A stretch of 64,000 nt of DNA from Planctomycetota bacterium (GCA_046290465.1 JBKAGP010000001.1:2016001-2080000); one strand, 5' to 3'; positions 24,828 to 34,633 are shown, counted from the first letter of the stretch. Translations and numbers: made by a program. Notes: generated from the letters alone by a model not told the origin.

Positions 24828-24852
24828 TTCGGTTCGTTAGTACGAACCCGAA
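24828..24852. other. Imperfect inverted repeat just after mlaD (terminator- or operator-like)
   Basis: TTCGGTTCGT-TAGT-ACGAACCCGAA. Confidence 0.35.
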
Positions 24853-25316
24853 CCGCATTCGCGGAATAGCATGCGAGGACTCTGCTTCCGCCCTCGGAGC
24901 AGGTCGGCACCGGGCGTCGTACGCCCGCTGGTGCCGGCTCGTCCTCGGTATCGCGCTCAAGCTGGCCAGGGGGGTCAGCGCGATACGAACCTTCATGCGA
25001 CGGCCTTGCCCACGTCTGGTGACGGCGGCCCGATCGCGCCTGCGGTGCTGCCGCGGCACGATCCGGGAGGCGACCAGACCCTGCGAGGCCCACGCCCCCT
25101 TCCAGCTGCCGACGACGACTGGATCCGGGATGTGCGCCGGCACCGCGCGAGCGGCACGGGACAACGCGACGCGCGTGCTCCGGGCCTTCGCCCTGCAGCG
25201 CATCGCTGACCGACGACACGGCTCGCTGCCCGTTCCCCTGCGGGAACGCGACGGCCGGGTCCGACGGCAGCCGGCGGCCATCCCGATCCCGCCCGACGAG
25301 CAGCGCATCCAGAGAG

Positions 25317-27833
25317 GTGCCCGCCTTGAACGCTCGATTCGCGAGTGGTCTCACCAGGCTCTGCCTATGTAGCCTGATCCCGACCTTCTCCATCTCCGCC
25401 CAGAACGCCGGCGACTGGCTCCCCGGCGACGGCATCCCCGGACTCGACGGGGACGTCCTGACCCTCGAGCAGTGGGATCCGGACGGGCCGGGCCCCAAGA
25501 CCCCGCTGGTGGTGATCGGCGGCTACTTCTCGATCGCGGGCGACACGCTCGCGAACAACATCGCCAGCTGGAACCCCACGACCGGTGCCTGGGCCCCCCT
25601 CGCGGACGGCCTGCACGGCGTGGTCCGCGACCTCGCCGTCCTGCCGAGCGGCGACCTGGTCGCCGCCGGCGACTTCCAGATCGCCGGCCAGGTCGTCGCG
25701 CGCGGCGTCGCGCGCTGGGACGGCCAGAGCTGGAGCGCGGTCGGCGCCGGCTTCTACGGCAGCGTGCGCGCGCTGACGATCGACCCGTTCGGCAACCTGA
25801 TCGCCGGTGGCGTGTTCCTGACCGCCGCGGCACCGCAGGCCTCGAACGTCGCGCTGTGGGCCGGCGGACTGTGGCTGCCGATGGGCCAGGGCATCAACGC
25901 GCAGGTCAACGCGCTGGTCACCGCCCCCAACGGCGACGTGTTCGCCGGTGGCGGCTTCACCAGCGCCGACGGGCAGCCGGCCAGCCGCGTGGCCCGCTGG
26001 AACGGCGGCGCGTGGAACGCGCTCGGCAGCGGCGTCGACGACGCGGTCCAGACCCTGAGCCACGACGCCAACGGCGACCTGGTCGTCGGTGGCCGTTTCG
26101 GCCTCGCCGGCGGCCTCGCCAGCAACGGCATCGCGCGCTGGAACGGCACCGCCTGGTCGTCGTTCGGCACCGGCTTCGACAACCTGGTCGCGTCGACGAC
26201 GATGCTGCCCTCGGGCGAGCTGATCGCGGGCGGCACGTTCACGCAGGCCGGCAACCTGCAGACGATGCGGGTCGCCCGCTGGGACGGCTGGGGCTGGAAC
26301 GCGATAGCCGGCGGCACCAACGACGGGGTCATCGCGCTGCTGACGCTTCCCAACGGCGACGTGCTGGCGGCCGGCTCGTTCCGGATCATCGGCGGCGTCG
26401 CCGCCGACCGCATCGCGCGCTGGGACGGCACCGCCTGGTGGCCGCTCGGTGCCGGCATGAACGACGACGTGTTCGCGCTCTGCCCGACGCGGCAGTTCGG
26501 CGTCGTCGCCGCCGGCATGTTCACCACCGCGAGCGGCGCGCCGTGCCAGCGGATCGCGCGGCGCGACAACGGCCTCTGGCAGCAGCTCGGCCAGGGCCTC
26601 GACGGCCCGGTGCATGCGCTGGCGGAGGACCACGACGGCGAGTTGCTCGCCGGCGGACTGTTCACGCGGTCAGGCATCGCGGCGATGGCCAACCTCGCCC
26701 GCTGGGACGGCGTCGGCTGGAGTCCGGTCGGCGGCGGTGTGTCCGGCGCCGTGCACGCCGTGCTGCCGCGACGGGACGGCGACCTGGTGGTCGGCGGCGC
26801 GTTCGCGCAGGCCGGCGGCACACCGGCGCCGCGGATCGCGACGTTCGACGGCACGCAGTGGCACGCGCTCGGCAAGGGACTGTCCGACGTCGTGCTGTGC
26901 CTGGCCGAGCTGCCCAACGGCGACCTGGTCGCGGGCGGCTCGTTCACCCACTCCAACGGCCAGCCGCTGCTGCGCATCGCGCGCTGGGACGGCAACAACT
27001 GGCACCCGCTCGGCAACGGCACCAACGGCCCGGTGACCGCGCTCGCGGTCACGCCCGAAGGCCTGCTGATCGCCGGGGGCCAGTTCTCGGCGGCCGGCGG
27101 CCAGCTCTGCAGCCGCATCGCCGCATGGAACGGCAGCCACTGGGCGCCGCTCGGCGACGGCCTCAACGCCGAGGTCTCGGACCTCGAGATCCTGCCCAAC
27201 GGTGACCTGCTCGCGGGCGGCCAGTTCAGCTACTCCGGCACGACCCAGGCCCGCTTCTTGGCCCGCTGGCACGACGGCAGCTGGAGCGAGTTCGGCGGCG
27301 GCGTGCTCGGCCGCGTCTACGCGGTCGCCCAGCCGCAAGCCGGCACCGTCGTCGCCGGCGGCTCGTTCCAGATCGCCGGAGGGACGGTCAGCCCGCACTG
27401 CGCAATCTACCAGGGCAACCAGCTGGCCGCCGCGGCGACCTACGGCCCGGGTTGTACCAGCACGGTCGGCACCCGTCCGCAGCTCGCCGCGCAGCTGCCG
27501 TGGGCCGGCGGGCTATGGCGCGCGAGCGCTGCGCCGTTCCCGCCCGGCAGCTTCGTGTTCGGCGTCTACGGCCTGCAGCCGCAGGCAGTGTCGCTGCCCT
27601 CGCTGTTCGGCCCGCTGCCGTCGAACTGCGCGCTGCTGGTCGCCAACGAAGTGGTCTGGCCGGCCCGGCGCCGCGGCGCGACCGCGTTCTCGCTCTGGCG
27701 GATCCCCGAGGCCCCAGAGATCCTCAGCCGCGACTTCTACCACCAGATGGTCTCGTTCGAAGTCGACCCCTCCGGCAACCTCCTCGACATCAAGGCCACC
27801 GACGCCATGAAGTTCACCGCCGGCATCTTCTGA
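25317..27833 (+). CDS. Secreted beta-propeller repeat protein with a Cys-containing C-terminal domain
   Basis: Signal peptide ending ISA|Q; about 14 repeats of ~47 aa 'IARWDG..W..LG.G....V.AL...PNGDL.AGG.F..AGG'. Confidence 0.88.
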   Translation: MPALNARFASGLTRLCLCSLIPTFSISAQNAGDWLPGDGIPGLDGDVLTLEQWDPDGPGPKTPLVVIGGYFSIAGDTLANNIASWNPTTGAWAPLADGLHGVVRDLAVLPSGDLVAAGDFQIAGQVVARGVARWDGQSWSAVGAGFYGSVRALTIDPFGNLIAGGVFLTAAAPQASNVALWAGGLWLPMGQGINAQVNALVTAPNGDVFAGGGFTSADGQPASRVARWNGGAWNALGSGVDDAVQTLSHDANGDLVVGGRFGLAGGLASNGIARWNGTAWSSFGTGFDNLVASTTMLPSGELIAGGTFTQAGNLQTMRVARWDGWGWNAIAGGTNDGVIALLTLPNGDVLAAGSFRIIGGVAADRIARWDGTAWWPLGAGMNDDVFALCPTRQFGVVAAGMFTTASGAPCQRIARRDNGLWQQLGQGLDGPVHALAEDHDGELLAGGLFTRSGIAAMANLARWDGVGWSPVGGGVSGAVHAVLPRRDGDLVVGGAFAQAGGTPAPRIATFDGTQWHALGKGLSDVVLCLAELPNGDLVAGGSFTHSNGQPLLRIARWDGNNWHPLGNGTNGPVTALAVTPEGLLIAGGQFSAAGGQLCSRIAAWNGSHWAPLGDGLNAEVSDLEILPNGDLLAGGQFSYSGTTQARFLARWHDGSWSEFGGGVLGRVYAVAQPQAGTVVAGGSFQIAGGTVSPHCAIYQGNQLAAAATYGPGCTSTVGTRPQLAAQLPWAGGLWRASAAPFPPGSFVFGVYGLQPQAVSLPSLFGPLPSNCALLVANEVVWPARRRGATAFSLWRIPEAPEILSRDFYHQMVSFEVDPSGNLLDIKATDAMKFTAGIF

Positions 27834-27886
27834 TCCGCACGTCCGGTTCCGGGAGCAGACCCTGCGAACCGGCCGCATCGCGCCGC

Positions 27887-27914
27887 TCGGTCGGTCGGTC
27901 GGTCGGTCGTTCGG
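27887..27914. repeat. (TCGG)n microsatellite between convergent genes
   Basis: TCGG x5, then TCGT TCGG. Confidence 0.7.
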
Positions 27915-27915
27915 C

Positions 27916-30255
27916 TCAATGGCCGACGGTGCCGACGCCGCCGTTGGAGAACGCGAACCCGAAGCCGTTGGCCGCAGGATCGAGCACCGCGAACTGCTCG
28001 TAGAACGCCACGTCGAGCAGCGCCGGGTCGTTGGGCACCGCGATCGGCACCGCCGCCTCGCCGCTGGCGTCGGTCCAGGTCGGCAACGTCAGGTCCGCCG
28101 CGACCAGCAGGTCGCAGCCCGGCGCACCGACCCCGTGAAGCGAGAGCGGCAGCGCCAGTCCCTGCCAGATCGCATCGCTGCTGCCGAACACCAACACCGC
28201 CGGCGCGTTGGCGACGGCCTCGCGCAGGACCACGTCGAACGTCCCGCCGATCGCCGGCACGCCGTCGCTGCCGAGCACCGGCACCGCGCCCGGCCCGCCC
28301 GTTCCGTGGCAGAGCACCTGGTAGCACGGATGGTCGACGATGCCCGACTGCTGCCAGTCCAAAAACTGCGGCGGCCGCCGCCAGAACCCGACCCCGACGT
28401 CCCCCGCCGTCAGCGTCGGCGTCAGGATCACACCGGTCTGCGAGCCGACGAAGAACACGTCGCCCGGCTGCACCGCCACCGGCACGTTGAGCGTCACGTC
28501 GTAGAAGCCCGGCTGCAAACCGACCGTCATCGTGCCGGTCGCGACCGGCAGATCCTCCGGCTCCCCCTGCGCATCGGCCAGGAACAACCCGGCGTCGACC
28601 GTCTCGACCGCCCCCGACCCCGACTGCGTGAACAGCCGGAAGCCGGTCACCGTCATCGCCGCCGCCGCATCGACCCGGAACACGTATTCGTTCTGCGACT
28701 GATGGCCGAGCAGCGCACCGCCTGCGGCGTTCGACGCGCCGCACGACAGCGGCAGCGGCGCCGTCCCCGGGCACCCCACACCGAACGTGCCGTGCGTCGC
28801 GGCACTGCCCTCGAGCAGCACGACGTCCTGGTGGAGCGTCTGGCCCGCCTGGAGCGACACCTGCACCGTCTGCGGCAGGTGGCCATCCGCGGTGAACGTC
28901 ACGTCGAACGTCCCGGGCCCACCCCACAAGTGGTAGCGCCCGAAGCGACCGCCGGACATCACCGTCTGCCCGTCCGAGAACTCGTGCCCCGCCACCGTGA
29001 TCGACGCGCGCAGCGGCGCGCCGCCGTTGCTCGACGTCACGTGCCCGGTCATCGGCACCGGCGTGGTCAGGTGTTCGACGACGCCCGGCCAGGTGTCGAG
29101 CAACTCCTGCGCCGTCTGCGCGAACGGATCCTGGCAGGTCGCGAACTCGACCAGGAAGCTCATCGTGCCCTTGGTCGAGAAGTGCCACTCCATCAGCGTG
29201 CCGCAGCAGCACGTGCCGACCGGCGGGTAGCCCATCGCGTTGGCGATGGCGGCGTGGATCGGATCCATCGTCGACCGCACCATCGCCGGGATCGCGCCCT
29301 CGACCAGGTTGTTGTAGGGATGCCGCACGTCCGGCCCCTGGCAGTGGAAGTCGAGCAACCGCTCGAACCCCTCGACCTCGGCGAACATCAGCAGCGCCTG
29401 GATCTCCGGCTCCGACGCCGGCCCGGTGCCGTGGTAGGTGCCGCTCGACGTGTTGCCGCTGCTCCCGCACTGGCTCCAGAAGAACGGGTAGTTGCGGTTC
29501 ATGTCGACGCCGATCGAACCGTCCCCGTTGTCGCGCCGGTTCTTGCGCCACAGGTTGTTGGCGTTCCACGTGTACTCGAGCCCGTCCGGATTGAGGTTGG
29601 GCAGGATCCAGATCTGGTTGTCGTCGACCAGCTGCGTCAGCTGCGGATCGCTGCCGTAGCGCGACAGCAGTTGCCCGGCCGCGTAGAGCGGCACCTCGAT
29701 CACGGCGAGTTCGTTGGCGTGCGTGTTGGCCGACAGCACCAGGTTGGGCTTGTCCTGGTCCTGATCCGGCGCGTTCGAGATCCGCAGCGCGTAGATCCGG
29801 AAGCCGTCGTGCGTCAGCGGCGCGCCGTAGCGCGACTGCAGGTCATAGAGCTTGCACAGCGACGGATACTGCTGCTCGAGCGCCTGCAGGTCGGCCACCA
29901 CCTCGGCACGCGTGTGGTAGCCCGGCCAGTTGACGAACTGCGAGGCACCGTTCGCCTGCGCCGCGATCTGGTGGTACGGCCGCGACTTCTCGAGCACCAG
30001 GAACAGCGTGCCCGGCGGCAGCGCCGCGCGCAGCCCGCGCAGCTCTTCGCGACCGACGATCGCGGTCGCGGTGTACCAACCGTCCCGCTGGTGCACCTGC
30101 ACGTGGTCGCCGATCACGCCGCGATCGGCGAGCGCCTGCTGCAGGCCGGCACCGCCGGTGATCTGCACCCGCAGCGACTCGCCGACCGACGCGGACTGCT
30201 GGGCGCACAGGGACAGCGCGAGGATCGCACCGACGAGCAACGAGCGAAGCGGCAT
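27916..30255 (-). CDS. Secreted M14 zinc carboxypeptidase (carboxypeptidase T-like) with accessory C-terminal domains
   Basis: HANE zinc motif, NPDG, WRKN, GVDMNRNY, SEPE, DFH, VEF; signal peptide. Confidence 0.92.
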   Translation of the reverse strand: MPLRSLLVGAILALSLCAQQSASVGESLRVQITGGAGLQQALADRGVIGDHVQVHQRDGWYTATAIVGREELRGLRAALPPGTLFLVLEKSRPYHQIAAQANGASQFVNWPGYHTRAEVVADLQALEQQYPSLCKLYDLQSRYGAPLTHDGFRIYALRISNAPDQDQDKPNLVLSANTHANELAVIEVPLYAAGQLLSRYGSDPQLTQLVDDNQIWILPNLNPDGLEYTWNANNLWRKNRRDNGDGSIGVDMNRNYPFFWSQCGSSGNTSSGTYHGTGPASEPEIQALLMFAEVEGFERLLDFHCQGPDVRHPYNNLVEGAIPAMVRSTMDPIHAAIANAMGYPPVGTCCCGTLMEWHFSTKGTMSFLVEFATCQDPFAQTAQELLDTWPGVVEHLTTPVPMTGHVTSSNGGAPLRASITVAGHEFSDGQTVMSGGRFGRYHLWGGPGTFDVTFTADGHLPQTVQVSLQAGQTLHQDVVLLEGSAATHGTFGVGCPGTAPLPLSCGASNAAGGALLGHQSQNEYVFRVDAAAAMTVTGFRLFTQSGSGAVETVDAGLFLADAQGEPEDLPVATGTMTVGLQPGFYDVTLNVPVAVQPGDVFFVGSQTGVILTPTLTAGDVGVGFWRRPPQFLDWQQSGIVDHPCYQVLCHGTGGPGAVPVLGSDGVPAIGGTFDVVLREAVANAPAVLVFGSSDAIWQGLALPLSLHGVGAPGCDLLVAADLTLPTWTDASGEAAVPIAVPNDPALLDVAFYEQFAVLDPAANGFGFAFSNGGVGTVGH

Positions 30256-30267
30256 GGGCCGCCCACT

Positions 30268-30723
30268 CTACCCCTCGGTGGCCCCGCCGGCCTCCCGAGG
30301 TCTGCGGCTGTCGGCATCGAGGAAGCGCACGCGCAGTTCGGTCGTCGGCACCCAGCAGGTTTCCTGCTTGCCGAACCAGCGGTAGCGGTTGCGCGCGATC
30401 CAGTCGTAGACGAGGTCGCGCAGCGGATACGGGATCAGCCAGAAGATCGACAGCAGCGGCCACAGCCCGCCGAGCCGCCGCGCAATCGCCAGCGCCGCGG
30501 CGGAGCGGGTGCGCACCCGACCGTCCGCCACCAGCACGATGCTGTCCGGCAGCTCCCCGGTGACGCCGGCGGCCACCAGCGCCGACCTCGCCGCATCGGA
30601 CTGCAGCGCCGCAAACCGGAACTTCGCCTGCGGATCGCGCTTGATGACGAACTGCACCGAGCCATTGCACAGGTTGCAGTCGCCGTCGAACAGGATCAGG
30701 GGTTGCTCTCGGTCGGCGTTCAC
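30268..30723 (-). CDS. DCC/DUF393-family thiol-disulfide oxidoreductase
   Basis: LFDGDCNLCNG, FAALQS, RDLVYDWIARNRYRWFGK...C...RFL; GTG start at 30723. Confidence 0.92.
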   Translation of the reverse strand: MNADREQPLILFDGDCNLCNGSVQFVIKRDPQAKFRFAALQSDAARSALVAAGVTGELPDSIVLVADGRVRTRSAAALAIARRLGGLWPLLSIFWLIPYPLRDLVYDWIARNRYRWFGKQETCWVPTTELRVRFLDADSRRPREAGGATEG

Positions 30724-30799
30724 GGGGCTCGATGGTAAGGGACACTCCCGCGACAGCGGTAGGGAGCTTGTCCGAGGCGGATCGGCGTAGTCTCTAGGC

Positions 30800-32473
30800 A
30801 TGCGCCGCATCCGCCGACTCGTCGCGCTCACCCTCTTCTGCGCCACGGCCGCCGCCCAGGCAAGCGGGACCGACACCCCCGCGAGCAAGGCCCCCGCGAC
30901 CAAGACTCCCGCAGCCAACACCCCCGCCGGCAACACCCCCGCCGGCATCGACCCCGCCGGCATTCGCGGCACGCTGATCCTCGGCGGCGGCGGTGGCCTG
31001 CCCGACCAGATCTACCAGCGCTTCGTCGAGCTCGCCGGCGGCGCGCAGGGGCACATCGTGCTGGTGCCGACCGCAAGCAGCCGCGCCGACACCGAGGCCG
31101 GCCGCACCCGCACGCTCGAACGCTGGCAGCAGGCCCACCCCGGCATCTCGTTCTCGCTGCTGCACACGCGCGATCGCAGCGAGGCCGACCGCGAGGACTT
31201 CTGCGCACCGCTAAAGGCGGCGACGGCGATCTGGTTCGGCGGCGGTTCGCAGCAGAAGATCGCCGACGCCTACCTCGGCACCCGCTTCGAGACCGAGGTG
31301 CACGCGCTGCTGGCGCGCGGCGGGGTCGTCGGCGGCAGCTCGGCCGGCACCGCGATCCAGACACGCACGATGATCGCCGGCGGCATGGACCCGCCGCGCC
31401 TGAGCCAGGGCCTCGACCTGGTGCCGATGGCGATCGCCGACCAGCACTTCCTGAAGCGCAAGCGCCTGCCTCGCCTGATCCGCGCGCTGCAGCTGCGCCC
31501 CGGCCACTTCGGCCTCGGCATCGACGAAGGCACCGCGGTCGTGATCCGCGGCCGCGACGTGCGCGTGCTCGGCCGCAGCGAGGCGCTGTTCGTGCTGGCC
31601 GCGAGCGAAGGCAAGGAGCAGCGCACCGTGCGCCTGAAGGCCGGCGAACGCACCGACCTGGTCACCTGGCAGCGCGCCGCGCGCCAGCGCGCCACCGGCC
31701 CGTGGCCGCCCGAGCAGCTGCCGAAGCCGATCGTCGCCAACGGCACGGTGATGCTCGGCGGTGGCGGCCGCCTGCCACGCTCGGTGTTCGAACGCTTCGT
31801 CGCGCTCGCCGGCGGCAAGCAGGCGCGCATCGTCGTCGCCCCCACCGCGACGCCGCGTCGCGACGGCGAACGCGAGGACCGCATGGCGGCGCTGATGAAG
31901 CGCATCGGCGTCGCCGACGTCTACGTGCTGCAGCCGCGCCACCCGAGCGAGGTCCGCCAGGTCCACGTCGACAAGCTCGACCGCGCCACCGGCGTCTGGT
32001 TCGGCGGCGGCCGGCAGTGGCGCACGGTCGACGCATTCGAAGGCACCGAGGTCGTCGCCGCCTGCCACCGCGTGCTGCAGCGCGGCGGCGTGATCGGCGG
32101 CAGTTCGGCCGGCGCGACCATCCAGGGCGAGCTGCTGGTGCGCGGCAATCCGCTTGGCAACAGCGACATGTGGTGCGAGGGCTACGACCGCGGCTTCGCG
32201 TTCTTGCCCGGCTGCGCCGTCGACCAGCACTTCGTCGTACGCAAGCGGCTGAAGGACCTGCAGGAGGTCATCGGCCTGTGCCCGCAGGTGATCGGCATCG
32301 GCGTCGACGAGGGCACGTGCGCGGTGGTCTCGGGCAGCACGCTGGAGGTGATCGGCGCGAGCAAGGTCGCGATCGTCGACGTTCGCAACGACTACGGGTT
32401 CTTGATCCCGCCGAAGTGGCTGGAGCCGGGCGATCGGTGGGATCTGGCGAAGGCGAGCAAGGCGAAGGAGTAG
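30800..32473 (+). CDS. Secreted tandem-domain cyanophycinase-like peptidase (S51)
   Basis: Signal peptide; two copies of GGG / GSSAG / DQHF / G[IV]DEGT. Confidence 0.9.
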   Translation: MRRIRRLVALTLFCATAAAQASGTDTPASKAPATKTPAANTPAGNTPAGIDPAGIRGTLILGGGGGLPDQIYQRFVELAGGAQGHIVLVPTASSRADTEAGRTRTLERWQQAHPGISFSLLHTRDRSEADREDFCAPLKAATAIWFGGGSQQKIADAYLGTRFETEVHALLARGGVVGGSSAGTAIQTRTMIAGGMDPPRLSQGLDLVPMAIADQHFLKRKRLPRLIRALQLRPGHFGLGIDEGTAVVIRGRDVRVLGRSEALFVLAASEGKEQRTVRLKAGERTDLVTWQRAARQRATGPWPPEQLPKPIVANGTVMLGGGGRLPRSVFERFVALAGGKQARIVVAPTATPRRDGEREDRMAALMKRIGVADVYVLQPRHPSEVRQVHVDKLDRATGVWFGGGRQWRTVDAFEGTEVVAACHRVLQRGGVIGGSSAGATIQGELLVRGNPLGNSDMWCEGYDRGFAFLPGCAVDQHFVVRKRLKDLQEVIGLCPQVIGIGVDEGTCAVVSGSTLEVIGASKVAIVDVRNDYGFLIPPKWLEPGDRWDLAKASKAKE

Positions 32474-32576
32474 CTACCCCAGTTCGCCAGGGTTGCGTGC
32501 AGCCCCTTGCGTAGTTGTCCACCCCCGGTGTACGGACTCTGATGACTAGTCCTCACCCTTTTTCTTGGAGAGTCCC

Positions 32577-33002
32577 ATGTTCCCTCACATCGCGAAGATC
32601 ACGACATTCCTTCTCCTTGTTGCCAGCGGATGGGCAGGTGTCCTTATTCCGCCACCGAGCGGATGTCGCCTTACCGTCAAGAACAACGGGACCTTGGAGC
32701 AACCGGTCTACGAGTTCGGCTGCCAAGGAGACTGTGTCGCACCGGCCGCTAATCCCTGCGAAATCGACAGCACTGTCTTTAACGGCGATGATGGTTCGAC
32801 ATCGGTGCTGTGGGAGTGCAAATGCGATGGGCAGGACATAAACGCCCTCAGCAATCAAGCATGCACCGCCAACATGAACAACAACGGGGGCGCTTGGAAG
32901 ATCATATGCGGTCAAGCCCAGTGCAATAACCCCTGCACCAAGGCCTCGCTCCCCGTCGCGCCTGGTTCCAAGGTCTTCGCGTGCACATGCCCGGACGTCT
33001 GA
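32577..33002 (+). CDS. Small secreted cysteine-rich protein (12 Cys)
   Basis: GGAGAG RBS; signal-like N-terminus MFPHIAKITTFLLLVASGWA; two 6-Cys modules each ending CxC. Confidence 0.82.
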   Translation: MFPHIAKITTFLLLVASGWAGVLIPPPSGCRLTVKNNGTLEQPVYEFGCQGDCVAPAANPCEIDSTVFNGDDGSTSVLWECKCDGQDINALSNQACTANMNNNGGAWKIICGQAQCNNPCTKASLPVAPGSKVFACTCPDV

Positions 33003-34633
33003 GCCGAAGACGCCGCAACGCGGCGTTCGCTGTGATCGCGCTGTCGGCAGCAGCCGTGCTGGTCGCTTGGTTAACCGTCAATGTCGCCACGACAGGCAAT
33101 CCACGCGGCGAGAACACAGATTACGCAGCACTAGACACCGCCGTCTGGCATTCGGATACCGAACGCGACGAGCAGCAAGATCATCGGACAATTGCATCTG
33201 CCTCGCGTGATCAGGTACGTATCGAGACCTACGCGGAGCAACGGGCGCTGGCAGGCGTGGAACTCGGATCCCGTGCACTCGGCGGCAACGAGGGATGGGT
33301 CTACGAAGAAGCTTGGACCCCGCTTGGACTGTCCGATGCCGGAGGTAGGCGCTCTTGTCGCTGGTCTGACTTGTCGGGTCGCATCGTGACGGCTCGACTC
33401 GACGGGTTCGTTGCCACCGATGTTGCAGTCGGCACGGAGCAAGTTGGCAACGTCATCCGGATCGACCTGAAACCCGCCGCGCTCTTGATCGTTGACTGCT
33501 CGAGTCGCGACGGCACTCCGATCCGCGGCGTCGAGGTATCGGTCTCCCGGTCGGACCTTCCGGAGGGGCGCGGACCCGATGACAACTTCAGCCGGCGGCT
33601 AGCCGCCGGCTCGGCGTCTGGGGCAATCCACAGCGCAACGACCGATGAGAGTGGTCGCGCGCGGTTTACCAGATTGCCGCCCGGTCGGCTGTCGGTGCAG
33701 GTCCACCATCCGCACTACTGCCGAGTCGCCGTCGGCACCAGATTCGTCGAACTGGCCGCCGGCAGTCACCAGATGTCCCTGCTATTCGACCCGATCCTAC
33801 TCGCGATTGGAGCTGTTACGGACGACACCGTGCTTTCATGGTCTGCGAAATCGCCGAAATCAGCTCACATCGACGCGTCTGTCCTGGAGCAGACCCAGTG
33901 GATTGCACCCTCGTGGACCCGAAAGACGGGTCAGTCCACGGCACTTTGCTACGCGGGCACCCAAAAATGGCTCGGAGATCGTTACGCCGAGATCGACCAG
34001 CAAGTGATGTTCGACGTGTTCACCGCGTCGCACGGCAGCTGTCGGGTTGCGGTTCGCCTCGAGCGAGCCGACGCATGGCGTGGCCCAGATCATGTCGTCG
34101 TAGGCAAGGGACAAAGTCAGGTCGCATCAAGCCGAATGCGTGTGGTGCTGAAGGATGCTTCGTCTCGTCGGTTCGATTGCCTCGCTGGAATCTCGATGCG
34201 GTATCGAGGGAACAGCAGCCTGATCCGAATTCCCTTGGGCAACCGTGAAGGACGGGCCTTCCAACTTCCTGACGGTGACTACGAGTTCCACACGAACCAA
34301 CCGTTCCTGGAACAACACATCGATGGCGTCCTGTGCTCGGTCAAGGGTGACGACCAGATCGAACTGGAGATCCCGATGCCCGTCCGCAGTTGCCGAATCG
34401 AATGGCTGCATCCAAACTCGGAACGAGTCGCCGACGATGGCGTCGTGACTTTCTCGTGGCACGACCAGACCCATCAGGTCTCGATGAGCCACGGCTTGTC
34501 GAGATTTCGCTGGACGCTGCCCGTGGGCACGGTCGGAGTGTCGCTGGTGTCCGAATCGGGGTCCTTCGCAGGCCAGCTGGACGTGACCCCCGGTAGCGAT
34601 GTGCAGGTCACGCAGCTTCGACTCAATCGATGA
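32987..34633 (+). CDS. Membrane-anchored protein with a carboxypeptidase-regulatory-like (prealbumin-fold) beta-sandwich domain
   Basis: Basic N-terminus plus TM helix; DGTPIRGVEVSV...TTDESGRARFTRLPPGRLSVQV; 1.6-kb open frame in lower-GC DNA; start uncertain. Confidence 0.75.
   Translation: MPGRLSRRRRNAAFAVIALSAAAVLVAWLTVNVATTGNPRGENTDYAALDTAVWHSDTERDEQQDHRTIASASRDQVRIETYAEQRALAGVELGSRALGGNEGWVYEEAWTPLGLSDAGGRRSCRWSDLSGRIVTARLDGFVATDVAVGTEQVGNVIRIDLKPAALLIVDCSSRDGTPIRGVEVSVSRSDLPEGRGPDDNFSRRLAAGSASGAIHSATTDESGRARFTRLPPGRLSVQVHHPHYCRVAVGTRFVELAAGSHQMSLLFDPILLAIGAVTDDTVLSWSAKSPKSAHIDASVLEQTQWIAPSWTRKTGQSTALCYAGTQKWLGDRYAEIDQQVMFDVFTASHGSCRVAVRLERADAWRGPDHVVVGKGQSQVASSRMRVVLKDASSRRFDCLAGISMRYRGNSSLIRIPLGNREGRAFQLPDGDYEFHTNQPFLEQHIDGVLCSVKGDDQIELEIPMPVRSCRIEWLHPNSERVADDGVVTFSWHDQTHQVSMSHGLSRFRWTLPVGTVGVSLVSESGSFAGQLDVTPGSDVQVTQLRLNR

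Noticed and set aside
24871..25310. Short ORFs between mlaD and the propeller gene
   Set aside because: No RBS, motifs or codon bias; treated as intergenic.
25400..27400. Regular ~141-bp periodicity that might suggest a CRISPR or DNA repeat array
   Set aside because: Degenerate in-frame protein repeats (beta-propeller blades); no identical repeats with unique spacers and no cas genes.
27919..30738. 939-aa plus-strand ORF
   Set aside because: Antisense shadow of the M14 peptidase and DUF393 genes.
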